64,000 bases of DNA from contig JAIFWV010000001.1 of NCBI GenBank assembly GCA_019659055.1, forward strand, positions 6,123-70,122, in the 5' to 3' direction. The notes beneath the pieces were generated by a model. It saw only the letters and a list, made by a program, of their open reading frames with translations, was not told the DNA's origin and searched no databases. Made by a program: the position numbers and the translations under genes. Source of the DNA: Candidatus Doudnabacteria bacterium. GTDB lineage: Bacteria; Patescibacteriota; Doudnabacteria; UBA920; O2-02-FULL-48-8. Shown here in pieces: positions 17,877 to 27,644 of the stretch (within the stretch, counting starts at the first letter, position 1; every line of letters starts with the position of its first letter).

Positions 17877-18096
17877 ATTTGGTCTCCGGTTAAAAATATT
17901 GTATGTAGTTTTGATACCATGCAGGGGTGCAAGTGTCTATTTAGCAACTTAGCCAATGCCAGCAATGGTTTCGTTTGGGTAAAAAGACAAAAAATACAAA
18001 AGCTCCGCAACATTGCGGGCAACTTCGTCAAGGAATTGCGGAATAAAAAAAAGCCCATTTCCGGGCCTTGAACAACTCAGCTTAAAGGTGAGGTGT

Positions 18097-19017
18097 TCAG
18101 ACAAAATGCATCCGGTCCAAGTTTTTGATTCCATTGAGGAAATCACGACCGCTCATGGGATTTTTGCCTTCGGGCTGGACCTTGGTGATAAGCAGGCTAT
18201 TATCCTGCGACTTCACGGCCAAACCGTCGGCATGGCGATAGAGTTTGCCAGGCAATTCGATCTTGGATTCGTTAAGAATTTTTACTCCAAGAATTTTGAT
18301 TAGTTTGCCATCTAGGGTAGTCCAGGTGCCAGGTTCAGGATTATAGCCCCGGATGTGATTGCTAATCTCGAGCGCGGTATGGGTCCAGTCGATTTGGCCG
18401 TCAGCTTTGGTGAGAAGTTTAGTATATGTCGCAGAATCATGATTCTGAGGATTGGCCTTTATAATACCTTGCGTGTATTCGGGGAGGATATCCGCGCAAA
18501 CAAGGGCTGCAAGTTGAGAAAGCTTTTTGTAGAGGCTCGAGAAATCATCGTCAGCTGTGATTGTTATTTCTTTGGTGGCAATAATCGGACCATGGTCCAT
18601 TTTCTCGTCCATGACAATGAGGGTGATGCCAGTGCTTGTCTCGCCATTAATGAGTGCCGCTTGGATCGGCGAGGCCCCGCGGTATTTGGGAAGGATGGAG
18701 CCGTGGATATTCACCGAGCCCTTTTCCGGCAGATCCAAAATTTCTTTGGGAATAATCTGGCCATAGGCCGCCACCAGGAGGAGGTCGGGTTTGAGCTCAG
18801 AGATTTCGGGCCCCGCATCCATAATTTTTGCCGGCTGAGAGACTCGGATATTTTGCCCTTGTGCCCAGACTTTGATTGGAGAAGGGGAGAGCTGTTGTTT
18901 TCGCCCCACCGGCTTATCCGGCTGAGTGATACACAAAAGCAACTCATGCCCGTCTTGCATGAGTTTTTCCAAAGTTGGTATTCCGAATTCAGTTGTACCG
19001 GCGAATATGAATTTCAT
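18097..19017 (-). CDS. fmt: methionyl-tRNA formyltransferase
   Basis: MKFIFAGTTEFGIPTLEKL... and the formyltransferase core HGSILPKYRGASPIQ are present. Confidence 0.9.
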   Translation of the reverse strand: MKFIFAGTTEFGIPTLEKLMQDGHELLLCITQPDKPVGRKQQLSPSPIKVWAQGQNIRVSQPAKIMDAGPEISELKPDLLLVAAYGQIIPKEILDLPEKGSVNIHGSILPKYRGASPIQAALINGETSTGITLIVMDEKMDHGPIIATKEITITADDDFSSLYKKLSQLAALVCADILPEYTQGIIKANPQNHDSATYTKLLTKADGQIDWTHTALEISNHIRGYNPEPGTWTTLDGKLIKILGVKILNESKIELPGKLYRHADGLAVKSQDNSLLITKVQPEGKNPMSGRDFLNGIKNLDRMHFV

Positions 19018-19494
19018 CTACATTTTCTCTTCTGGGTTGCCTGTGGTCTGACGGATTATTTTGGTAGTAAATAGAATTCCATCGAGGTGGTCGAGCTCAT
19101 GCTGAATCACCCGGGCCAAGAGGCCGCCTGCTTTGAATTTATTCTCCTTGCCCTCGAGGTTCATGGCCTTGACAGTGACACTTGCCGGGCGCTTGACGAT
19201 GCCAAACACTCCGGGAATGGAGAGACAGCCTTCTTCCATTTCGATCTTCTTGAGCGACTTGCGGACGATCCGCGGGTTAACCAAGGCAAACGGCGGCAAG
19301 CCAACATGCTCAAGGTTGATAATACACAAGCGGAGACTCTTGCCGATCTGCGGAGCGGCTAGCCCTATGCCATTGGCTTTCCGGCAAGCGGCGATCATCT
19401 CGACAACCAAATTCAAAATTTCCTCATTGACTGTTTTGACCAATGAGGTTTTTTGAGTAAGTATTGGATCAGGTACTTTGACTATTTTCAGCAT
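19018..19494 (-). CDS. def: peptide deformylase
   Basis: The GIGLAAPQIG, EGCLSIPG and HELDHLDG motifs are present. Confidence 0.9.
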   Translation of the reverse strand: MLKIVKVPDPILTQKTSLVKTVNEEILNLVVEMIAACRKANGIGLAAPQIGKSLRLCIINLEHVGLPPFALVNPRIVRKSLKKIEMEEGCLSIPGVFGIVKRPASVTVKAMNLEGKENKFKAGGLLARVIQHELDHLDGILFTTKIIRQTTGNPEEKM

Positions 19495-19497
19495 AAA

Positions 19498-19812
19498 TTA
19501 GGGAGTAGGGGGAAGGGAAGACAAAGGGGGTTGCTGCTCTGCGGTGCCCTTGTCACTTCGTTCTTTGTTTCCCTTTTTGATTAAATAAGCAAACAAGGCA
19601 CCAGGGTTTTTTGTGGATTTGGATTCGAGAACCTCTCCTGCGATCCTCCGAAGTACGGAGTGGTCGTACTTTATGGCCATCTTCAGGTACATACCAAAGT
19701 GCTTCTTGTCGCCGAACTTGGTTGCAAGCTCATCGGCTAGGGCATGAGATTCCGAATGTATGTGTTGTTCCGAGCGTTTTTGGTAAGGTTTGCCGGATAT
19801 TTCCATATGCAT
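19498..19812 (-). CDS. hypothetical protein (104 aa)
   Basis: It is an ORF only, packed tightly upstream of def. Confidence 0.4.
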   Translation of the reverse strand: MHMEISGKPYQKRSEQHIHSESHALADELATKFGDKKHFGMYLKMAIKYDHSVLRRIAGEVLESKSTKNPGALFAYLIKKGNKERSDKGTAEQQPPLSSLPPTP

Positions 19813-19849
19813 TATTCTAGCATTTTTGTGCTATAATTTGAAATAGATT

Positions 19850-20383
19850 ATGCGCATTTTTACAGCCATCCCCATACCAAACGAGGTCAAAAATGCGCTC
19901 GTGGAACTCACGCGTGGGCGTCTTCCGATACCTTACATCAACATCACAAATCTCCACATCACTCTTAATTTTCTCGGCGACTTATTTACCGATGACTCAA
20001 ACAAGGCGCTGAAGATTTTCCCAACATTGGTAGGGGAGTATCGGGGTAAGTTCGAAATTGAATTCGACAAAATTGCAAATTTTCGCCAGCAGATTCACCT
20101 CACGGTAAAAAACAGTGAAACCCTTTTTGGTCTTCAACAAGATTTAGAGGCTGGATTCAAAACAGTTGGCTTGCATTTCCAAGATCAAAAATTTTACCCG
20201 CATGTGACTTTGGGCAAAATGCATTTGGACAACATTATGAATCGTAGCCGAAAGCTTGTGAATTTCCCTAACGAAGAACTGGCGCAACTAAATTTTACCG
20301 TGCAGAGCGTCGCGCTATTTGAGAGCAAACTGCTTCCGCATCATGCTCACCACACGCCGCTGGTAGAGGTACCACTCGTATGA
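19850..20383 (+). CDS. thpR: RNA 2',3'-cyclic phosphodiesterase (2H phosphoesterase, LigT/ThpR family)
   Basis: Two H-x-T-x motifs are present: HITLNFLG and HVTLGK. Confidence 0.8.
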   Translation: MRIFTAIPIPNEVKNALVELTRGRLPIPYINITNLHITLNFLGDLFTDDSNKALKIFPTLVGEYRGKFEIEFDKIANFRQQIHLTVKNSETLFGLQQDLEAGFKTVGLHFQDQKFYPHVTLGKMHLDNIMNRSRKLVNFPNEELAQLNFTVQSVALFESKLLPHHAHHTPLVEVPLV

Positions 20384-21111
20384 AAATAGATATCGCAAAG
20401 GTCTTGGTAGATAATCTGACCAAAGAAGAAACCATTCGACGCCTCGATGAATACATTCAAACTGGCAAGCCACATTATGTTGTGACCACTTATTCAGAAT
20501 TTGTTGTTTTTGCAAACAGAGACCAGCGATATCTGGAGGTACTGAATAAAGCTGACCTTTCGATACCTGACGGGATTGGAGTAGTCTGGGCTGGGAATTT
20601 TTTGTCAGGTAAAAAATTAATTCCAGAAAAAGTGTCTGGGTCAAGGTTGATTTGGGATGTTACTAGACTCGCTGCGGACAAGAACTATTCCATAGCCTTG
20701 GTTGGAGGCGAAAATTCGGTAGCGGCTCAGGCCGCAAACAAACTCAGAGCCGCTTATCCAAATCTTAAGGTCAATTTATCGCTTTCGGACAATACATTTG
20801 ACGAGCAGTTAGTAAGGCAGATTGCCAACTCGAATTCTGATATACTGTGTATAGCTTACGCTCCACCCAAGCAAGAGATTTGGATTGCCAAAAATCTTTC
20901 CAAACTAAACGTAAAAGTAGCTATAGGCCTTGGAGGAACGTTCGATTATTTGGCAGGTAAACGCAAATACGCACCGGATTGGATGGTAGGCCTTGGGCTT
21001 GAGTGGCTCTTTCGGCTTATTACCCAGCCTTGGCGCATCAAACGAATGTGGAATGCGATTGTTGTTTTTAGTTTCATAATTCTCAAATATAAATTTCATG
21101 GCAAAAGTTAG
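20380..21111 (+). CDS. WecB/TagA/CpsF family glycosyltransferase
   Basis: YVVTTYSEFVVFANRD...IPDGIGVVWA is the family signature. Confidence 0.8.
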   Translation: MKIDIAKVLVDNLTKEETIRRLDEYIQTGKPHYVVTTYSEFVVFANRDQRYLEVLNKADLSIPDGIGVVWAGNFLSGKKLIPEKVSGSRLIWDVTRLAADKNYSIALVGGENSVAAQAANKLRAAYPNLKVNLSLSDNTFDEQLVRQIANSNSDILCIAYAPPKQEIWIAKNLSKLNVKVAIGLGGTFDYLAGKRKYAPDWMVGLGLEWLFRLITQPWRIKRMWNAIVVFSFIILKYKFHGKS

Positions 21112-22543
21112 AACTAGATTTGCACCAAGTCCCACTGGATTCCTACATGTAGGCGGTCTGAGAACCGCCTTGTTTGCATTTTTGTTTGCTCGAAAAAACA
21201 ATGGTGAATTCGTATTGCGTATCGAAGATACCGACAAAGCCAGGACGGTTGAGGGAGCAGCAGAAGGAATCATCACGAGCTTAAAGGAGTTTGGGCTGAA
21301 TTTTGACGATGGCCCGATTTTCCAATCCGAAAGGTTATCGTTATACAAAAAATATGCCGAGGAATTGGTCTCCAAGGGTGATGCTTATTATTGTTTCTGC
21401 ACACCTGAACGCCTTGATGCGCTCCGCAAAGGACAAGAAGCTGCAAAGCACGCTCCCAAGTACGATAAACACTGCCTGAATTTGGCTAAAGATGAAATTG
21501 AGACAAGAATCTCATCGGGCGAACCTCACGTCATCCGTCTAAACGTCCCTGCCGCCAAAACTATTCGCTTCACGGATTTAGTCCATGGTGAGATATCGAT
21601 CTCAAGCAATGATTTGGATGATCAGGTTTTGCTTAAATCCGATGGCTACCCCACATACCATCTTGCGGTGGTAGTGGATGATCATGACATGAATATCACA
21701 CATGTCATACGGGGCGAGGAGTGGATTCCATCGACGCCAAAACATATTTTATTGTACTCGGCATTTGGCTGGGAATCACCCCAGCACGCACATTTACCGT
21801 TGCTTCTTTCCAAGACCAAGAAAAAATTATCTAAACGTGACGGAGACGTTGCGGTGAAGGATTATCTAGAGAAAGGCTATCTACCAGAAGCCATGCTCAA
21901 CTTTGTGGCGTTCCTCGGATGGAACCCAAAAACCGAACAGGAAGTATTTAGTTTGGGCGAGCTTATTGAAGTTTTTGGATTCGACAAAGTAAACAAGTCA
22001 GGAGCCGTGTTTGATCTGGACAAACTCGACTGGATCAATGGCCTCTACATCCGTAAACTCACAATAGAAGACTTATTCGCACGAATTAGCCGGTACTTGA
22101 CGGAAGCCGGAATTGACCTTGGAAAGTACCCGCAAGAATTTATCTTCAAAGTCTTAAACCTCGAGCGAGAACGGCTCAAGAAATTTTCCGAGATAGGGGA
22201 GAGAGTACAGTATTTCTTCAAGGAACCAGAATACGGCCCTGCCCTCTTGATCTGGAAAAAGGGGAGTAGGGAAGGGACGAAAACAAGTTTAGCGAAACTG
22301 TCCGAGTACCTAAAGTCGCTTGATCAATCTGAATTCAATACCGGGAACTTAGAATCCAAAATTAAATCCTGGATTGCTGAAGACAATCTCACAACCGGAG
22401 AAGTCCTCTGGCCTTTGCGCGTGGCACTCTCGGGACTTGCGGCGTCCCCCGGCCCATTCGAGATTATGGACGCGTTTGGAGTACTACCAGAAGGCAAAGA
22501 AATAATTCTTAAGCGTATACAAAACGCCAGCAATTTGTTGTAA
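21098..22543 (+). CDS. gltX: glutamate--tRNA ligase
   Basis: RFAPSPTGFLHVGGLRTALF is the HIGH region, and KLSKR is the KMSKS motif. Confidence 0.9.
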   Translation: MAKVRTRFAPSPTGFLHVGGLRTALFAFLFARKNNGEFVLRIEDTDKARTVEGAAEGIITSLKEFGLNFDDGPIFQSERLSLYKKYAEELVSKGDAYYCFCTPERLDALRKGQEAAKHAPKYDKHCLNLAKDEIETRISSGEPHVIRLNVPAAKTIRFTDLVHGEISISSNDLDDQVLLKSDGYPTYHLAVVVDDHDMNITHVIRGEEWIPSTPKHILLYSAFGWESPQHAHLPLLLSKTKKKLSKRDGDVAVKDYLEKGYLPEAMLNFVAFLGWNPKTEQEVFSLGELIEVFGFDKVNKSGAVFDLDKLDWINGLYIRKLTIEDLFARISRYLTEAGIDLGKYPQEFIFKVLNLERERLKKFSEIGERVQYFFKEPEYGPALLIWKKGSREGTKTSLAKLSEYLKSLDQSEFNTGNLESKIKSWIAEDNLTTGEVLWPLRVALSGLAASPGPFEIMDAFGVLPEGKEIILKRIQNASNLL

Positions 22544-22590
22544 CTTTGTGCTTTGCCGAACGTATTAATAAGTGGTAAAATTAATGCGTT

Positions 22591-23898
22591 ATGAATAGAC
22601 TTTTGAAACCAAATAATAAAGCAAGAAACGTACTTATTTCCGCGCTCATACTGGCAGTTGCGGGTTTTGCGTATTTGCATGATCCGGGGGCCAGAAGCGC
22701 TACTATAGACGACCTCAATGCCCAGAAACAGTCAGTTCAGCAGAAAATCAACTCACTAAACGCTAGAATCAAGGATTACCAGAGCCAGATCAATGCTGTG
22801 CAGAAACAAGCCAATACCCTCAAGAACCAAATCAGCATACTTGATTTGCAGATTACCTCGACTCAGACCCAGATTGAGGAGACAGAAAACAAAATCGACG
22901 CGACCAATCTTGAGATTGCGGATGTGACCAATCAAATAATCATCACCCAAAACAATATCGATAAGCAGAAAGAGATTCTCCGCGACCTCATAGGCCAGAT
23001 CAACGACATGGACCAGCGTTCGCCCCTCGAGATCGCTCTGGAAAACGATAACTTCACGGAATTTCTCAACGACCTACAATACACGACAAGTATTCAGGAA
23101 CGCAGTCAGGAGGCGCTCACTAAGATCAAAGCCCTGAAGGTTGATCTCGAGGAGCGCCAAGCCGAACTCAAAAAGCAAAAATTGGCTTTGGATGTTCTCA
23201 ATGATCAGCTCAACGAACAGAAAAACAATCTCAACACTCAGCGCGTATCCAAACAAGCCTTGCTTGACCAGACTCGCGGACAAGAAAGACAATACCAGAA
23301 ACTCCTTGCAATATCTGAAGCTGACCAAAAAGCGCTATTTGATGAAATCAATAATCTCGACGCTGAGATCGCCAAGAAGCTTGGCAACCGCAGGCTGCCT
23401 GGGATCAAAGGACTCTTTGCCTGGCCCATGGATGGTACTATGACCCAAGGGTATGGCAACACTGGATTTACAAGCTTGGGATACAGCTTCCACAATGGTA
23501 TAGATTTGGCCGCCGCTCCAGGCACTCCTATTTACGCCGCCGCCGATGGCACGGTACTGGGCACCGGTACTGGTAACGGAGCTTATGGCAACTGGGTGAC
23601 GATCAAACATCCGATGAGCGCCAAATACGGCAACCGCGCGCTAGTCAGTTTATATGGTCACATGAGCAGCTTCGTCCTCAAGCCGGGACAAACTGTAAAG
23701 CAAGGAGACCTCGTCGGCTTTGAGGGTAATACCGGTAACACCACCAGACTGCTATATGGCCCGCATAGAGGATACCACCTCCACTTCACAGTCTTCGATT
23801 TCGAAGGATACGGAGTGAACCCTGGTACCCTTACAAAACAATTCGGAAACTACAAAGTGCCATTTGGCGCCACATACAATCCCCTAGATTATCTCTAA
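22591..23898 (+). CDS. M23 family metallopeptidase with an N-terminal coiled-coil (EnvC-like)
   Basis: A signal/TM is followed by long Q/N-rich coiled-coil repeats. NGIDLAAAPGTPIYAAADGTV and HLHFTV are M23 motifs. Confidence 0.85.
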   Translation: MNRLLKPNNKARNVLISALILAVAGFAYLHDPGARSATIDDLNAQKQSVQQKINSLNARIKDYQSQINAVQKQANTLKNQISILDLQITSTQTQIEETENKIDATNLEIADVTNQIIITQNNIDKQKEILRDLIGQINDMDQRSPLEIALENDNFTEFLNDLQYTTSIQERSQEALTKIKALKVDLEERQAELKKQKLALDVLNDQLNEQKNNLNTQRVSKQALLDQTRGQERQYQKLLAISEADQKALFDEINNLDAEIAKKLGNRRLPGIKGLFAWPMDGTMTQGYGNTGFTSLGYSFHNGIDLAAAPGTPIYAAADGTVLGTGTGNGAYGNWVTIKHPMSAKYGNRALVSLYGHMSSFVLKPGQTVKQGDLVGFEGNTGNTTRLLYGPHRGYHLHFTVFDFEGYGVNPGTLTKQFGNYKVPFGATYNPLDYL

Positions 23899-23945
23899 AA
23901 AGAGGGGAGAGGCAGAAAATAGCTCACCGACGTGGTGAGCTATTT

Positions 23946-23978
23946 TAATTTCTAATTACTAGTATCTAATTTCTAATC
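23946..23978. repeat. TTAGAAA heptamer array (complement orientation), copy 1 of 3
   Basis: taatttctaattactagtatctaatttctaatc matches 27607-27636 and 38952-38982. Confidence 0.6.
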
Positions 23979-24000
23979 AGAGAAAATAGGGAAGCGGGAA

Positions 24001-24120
24001 CCGTAGATTTTACGATCAATATATTGTCGTAACAATCTACGGACGTTTTGCGACATCGATTAATAGTTTTGAATAAGTCGATGTCGCAAAAGGTATATTG
24101 TGCGACGTACTTCTATTCTC
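24001..24120. repeat. palindrome / iteron-like cluster: a 42-bp near-palindrome, a 14-bp perfect inverted repeat, and TTKYGCGAC motif copies
   Basis: ccgtagattttacgatcaatatattgtcgtaacaatctacgg is a near-palindrome. ttttgcgacatcga (24046-24059) pairs with tcgatgtcgcaaaa (24078-24091). ttgtgcgac...cttctattctc lies at 24099-24120. The motif set repeats at 24442-24507. Confidence 0.6.
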
Positions 24121-24190
24121 AAAATAGGCTTGTTTAAGCAATTTGACCACTTCTTCCCTAAGCCTCTATACTCTCCTACAAGGAGGCTTT

Positions 24191-24391
24191 ATGTACACAG
24201 TTGGTACAGAACCAGTAGACGGAACCCCCGAGAAGGTTCTCTCCTGGAAAATTCGTGAACATCCGCTGACTGTCGCCGAAGTCGTCGAGGCTGCTCGTCG
24301 TGAATTTCCTGGTACTCATGAGAGCGAACTCCATCTCTCCGTGAACCATCTCTTCACGGAGCCCACCATCGAGCTTCGCGACCCACTGTGA
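24191..24391 (+). CDS. small GC-rich hypothetical protein (66 aa)
   Basis: The promoter is TTGACC (24143), an 18-nt spacer, TATACT. The RBS aaggagg precedes the ATG at 24191. The gene is flanked on both sides by TTKYGCGAC / CTTCTATTCTC repeats. Confidence 0.4.
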   Translation: MYTVGTEPVDGTPEKVLSWKIREHPLTVAEVVEAARREFPGTHESELHLSVNHLFTEPTIELRDPL

Positions 24392-24441
24392 ACACTTTGA
24401 CCTGAGCATGTCCTTAAACTGCTTTTTTTGTTACCTTATAC

Positions 24442-24507
24442 GTCGCAAAAGCCATGCTTGCGCGACCAATCGCAGAAGCTTAAATTGCGCGACAAGCTTC
24501 TATTCTC
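24442..24507. repeat. downstream copy of the gtcgcaaaag / ttgcgcgac (x2) / cttctattctc motif set
   Basis: This is a direct repeat of the elements at 24078-24120, with an internal duplication of ttgcgcgac. Confidence 0.55.
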
Positions 24508-24678
24508 GGATGAATTTGGACGCTACCACAAAGTCTGTACGCGTTGTGGGTTTGATATACATTCTGCATACCTGACGTGTCCTGGTCCAACCATCAACAC
24601 TCTGCCAGCTACTGCGTTCTCATTCCGGAAGTAATCCGATCACGCCGATATTTGCCATCGCGGCGAATGTCGGTTTTT

Positions 24679-25848
24679 TTATTCCCGGGCCAGGGTTGAT
24701 ATAACTTTGATTGCTTGTTTGATGTCTGAGAGAGAATTTTGCTTGCCGAGTGTCAGCCGGACTGTGGCGGCTTTGATGTCATTTATTTTGCCCAGAGCTC
24801 GGATTACATGCGATGGCTCAGCCGAGCCCGAAACGCATGCAGACCCGGTTGACGCCGCAATCCCTGCCAGATCGAGTTTGGACATCACGAGCTCGGAGTC
24901 TGCACCGAGGATGCTAAAGTTGACGTTGTCGGGCGCGCGCTGGTCGCCGGTTGGTCCATTGAGATCACAGCGATCGAATTGCGACAATTCGGAAATAAGC
25001 TTGTCGCGCAATACTGCTATCCTACGAGCAGCACTTTGGCGCTCCTCCAGGCTTCCCAGAAGCTGTATGGCTTTGGCAAAGCCGATGATGCCAGGAGTAT
25101 TCTGAGTGCCGGGACGCATGCCGTATTCTTGTGCGCCGCCAGTCATAAGGTTATCAATCGGCGTACCTGAGCGGATATACAAAGCCCCTATCCCCTTCGG
25201 GCCATTGATCTTGTGTGCGGAAATAGTCATAAGATCAACATTATTTTTCTCGACATTGAGATTAAAGTATTTGGCCGCTTGCACAGCATCGGTATGAAAC
25301 AAAATTGGGTGCTTGGCTTTGGCGTTGATAGCCTCCAAGGACTTACCTATTTCGCGGATCGGCAGGACCGACCCGATCTCGTTTGAGACATGAATCACAG
25401 AAATCAGGACAGTGTTGTCGGTAATGGCTTTGATGACGTCTGAAGCCTCTATCATCCCCTGCTTGTCGGGCTTGAGGTATGTGACATCAATAATTTTCCA
25501 GGACTCCATAAGCTTGAGAGTTTCATAAACTGACTGGTGCTCAATTGCCGTGGTGACGACATGGACTTTGGACCTGAGATTACGCAGAGCCGAACTTATC
25601 ACGCCACGCAGAGCGTGGTTATTGGCCTCTGTCGCACCCGAGGTAAAAATTATCTCCTGCGGCTTGGCGTTTATGAATTGGGCGATCTCCGCCCTGGCAA
25701 AGTCGATTTTAGCCCTGGCGCTCTGCCCTTCTCTATGTATGGAGTTGGGGTTGCCATAAAATTCCAATTCAAAATCGCGCATGGCTTTCGCTACGCGTTT
25801 ATCAATCGGGGTTGTTGCTGCATTATCCAAATAGATTCTTTTTACCAT
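24679..25848 (-). CDS. cysteine desulfurase (NifS/IscS family, class V aminotransferase)
   Basis: IYLDNAATTP, the PLP-Lys motif SAHKINGPKG, and the active-site Cys in STGSACVSGS are present. Confidence 0.9.
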   Translation of the reverse strand: MVKRIYLDNAATTPIDKRVAKAMRDFELEFYGNPNSIHREGQSARAKIDFARAEIAQFINAKPQEIIFTSGATEANNHALRGVISSALRNLRSKVHVVTTAIEHQSVYETLKLMESWKIIDVTYLKPDKQGMIEASDVIKAITDNTVLISVIHVSNEIGSVLPIREIGKSLEAINAKAKHPILFHTDAVQAAKYFNLNVEKNNVDLMTISAHKINGPKGIGALYIRSGTPIDNLMTGGAQEYGMRPGTQNTPGIIGFAKAIQLLGSLEERQSAARRIAVLRDKLISELSQFDRCDLNGPTGDQRAPDNVNFSILGADSELVMSKLDLAGIAASTGSACVSGSAEPSHVIRALGKINDIKAATVRLTLGKQNSLSDIKQAIKVISTLARE

Positions 25849-25857
25849 GAAGTAGGG

Positions 25858-26220
25858 TTACCTTGAAGATTTAATAAATCCTGCGGCTTTGGCCTCGGCT
25901 TCGGTATCAAAACAGGCTATGGGCCGTGTGGTTTTCTTGTAAAATACTCCTCCGGGCATGTGGTACTTGTGAGTCGAAGAGCCTTTGATTTTACCTTCGC
26001 AATTCAACGGCTCAGACGGGGTCTGAGCCGTTGAAACATCCGTTTGTGCCGCGGGCTTAGTTTGGGTATAATTAGAGCTAGCAGAAACAGATGGCAGTTG
26101 AGCGTCGTTTAGAGGCTTTGAGTTGATAGATTTGCCTCCATAAAAGCCGATTGCAGCCACTGCCACCAAGCCTAGACTCAGGGCGATTTTTTGTTGATAG
26201 GCTTTAAGATTTTCAATCAT
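25858..26220 (-). CDS. membrane-anchored hypothetical protein with a C-terminal Cys/His-containing domain
   Basis: The start is set at the internal Met (MIENLKAYQQ) just before the TM. The C-terminus reads CEGKIKGSSTHKYHMPGGVFY...CFDTEAEAKAAGF. The longer 26361 start in the track would overlap the divergent gene. Confidence 0.45.
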   Translation of the reverse strand: MIENLKAYQQKIALSLGLVAVAAIGFYGGKSINSKPLNDAQLPSVSASSNYTQTKPAAQTDVSTAQTPSEPLNCEGKIKGSSTHKYHMPGGVFYKKTTRPIACFDTEAEAKAAGFIKSSR

Positions 26221-27576
26221 ATGTTTCAATACGCATTTATTTTGGGAAGGGTCTATACCATATCTCTGGCGGAATTGCTGGCGGTTTTGGATAATCTTTC
26301 TGTCGCCTACCGCGTCGCGGCCTGCTCCCCGGAAGTCGTGGTTATCGAGTGTGAAAAGCAACTAGATGCGGTCAAACTCCAGGCCCGCCTGGGTGGCGTT
26401 ATCAAAATTATACGCCTTTTTGATACTTTTCAAAAGAAGGGCAAGGAATTCCCGTCTCAAGTCCTGACTAATTATTTTACCTTCAAGCGCATAAACGAAT
26501 ACTTTCATGATTATACCGGCAAAAAGCAATTTGGCGTATCGATTTATGTCCTCGACCCTACCCTGCACTTTCGTGACGAATCTCAACGCATCGCATTTCT
26601 TATAAAAAAAGTCTTGCAGGAGCAGGCCCAAAGTGTGCGCGCGGTGATCCCCCAGTTCCCGGCGCAATCGTTATCCTCGGTGCTCGTGAACGAAAATCAG
26701 ATCTTACAAAAAGGCGCTGAGATTGTGGTCATCTGCGGCAACCAAAAACTGTTCGTTGGTAAAACCCTTTGCGTGCAAAATTACGAAGATTATGGCCGAC
26801 GCGATTACCAGCGCCCGGCGCGCGACGAACATGCCGGCATGATCCCGCCCAAGGTCTCTCAGAGTATGATCAACCTTGCCGGACCGCTCAAGCCGCTTGA
26901 TTATGTCCTCGATCCTTTTTGCGGCTCAGGAACTATTCTTCAGGAATCCATCCTTATGGGCTTACGGGCTATAGGCTCGGATCTAGACCAAACCGCGGTC
27001 GAAAACAGCGAAAAGAATCTGGAATGGTTCCGCAACAGATATCATGTGCCTCCGAACCGATATAAACTCCTTCGTGCCCATGCGTCGGAAATCGGAAGCC
27101 AGCTTTCGAACTTCAAAGTTGCAGCAGTCGTAACAGAAGGCACACTTGGGCCAATCTATACCAAGCTCCCCAAGAAATCCGAAATAGATGCCAACTTCAA
27201 AACCTTAAGCAAACTCTACAGCCAGGTGTTCAAGGAGTTCAAAACCTTTCTCCCGGAAGGAGCCAGGGTCGTCATATGTCTGCCAGCCTATAAAGTCAGC
27301 CAAACCGACTATGAATTCATGGACAACCTTGACTTTGGGACCGAAAACGGGTATACTGTCCTAGATCCTATTTCTGAACCCTTAGCGCTTAAATACAAGT
27401 TTTTGAGGGTCACAGGCCGCAAAACTATGGTCTATGACCGTAAGGACCAGATCGTAGCCCGTGAAATAGTCATTTTTTATAACGGAATACCGAAAGTAGA
27501 AAGTAATCAGGAAACTGTAATAGAAGGCACGATCGTGCCGGAGACAGAATCCGGTGAAGAGGCAATTTCTAATTGA
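26221..27576 (+). CDS. class I SAM-dependent RNA methyltransferase (Trm11/RlmL-like N2-G type)
   Basis: VLDPFCGSGTIL is motif I of the N2-G/N6-A methyltransferases. The start is set at the ATG at 26221, which is back-to-back with the divergent gene's start codon. Confidence 0.65.
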   Translation: MFQYAFILGRVYTISLAELLAVLDNLSVAYRVAACSPEVVVIECEKQLDAVKLQARLGGVIKIIRLFDTFQKKGKEFPSQVLTNYFTFKRINEYFHDYTGKKQFGVSIYVLDPTLHFRDESQRIAFLIKKVLQEQAQSVRAVIPQFPAQSLSSVLVNENQILQKGAEIVVICGNQKLFVGKTLCVQNYEDYGRRDYQRPARDEHAGMIPPKVSQSMINLAGPLKPLDYVLDPFCGSGTILQESILMGLRAIGSDLDQTAVENSEKNLEWFRNRYHVPPNRYKLLRAHASEIGSQLSNFKVAAVVTEGTLGPIYTKLPKKSEIDANFKTLSKLYSQVFKEFKTFLPEGARVVICLPAYKVSQTDYEFMDNLDFGTENGYTVLDPISEPLALKYKFLRVTGRKTMVYDRKDQIVAREIVIFYNGIPKVESNQETVIEGTIVPETESGEEAISN

Positions 27577-27636
27577 TCTAATTAAACTAATTGACCTAAA
27601 TCTTGTTTAGAAATTAGTAATTAGAACTTAGAAATT
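27566..27636. repeat. about 70-bp imperfect palindrome built from TTAGAAA heptamers, directly upstream of rpmA (copy 2 of 3)
   Basis: The left arm is aatttctaattgatctaattaaactaa and the right arm is ttagaaattagtaattagaacttagaaatt. The right arm ends 8 nt before the rpmA ATG. Confidence 0.6.
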
Positions 27637-27644
27637 TTCGTGAT

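Noticed and set aside
24428-24634. A 68-aa plus-strand ORF downstream of the small GC-rich gene.
   Set aside because: It starts at a non-ATG codon inside the repeat cluster and has no RBS. Its translation is driven by the repeated motifs.
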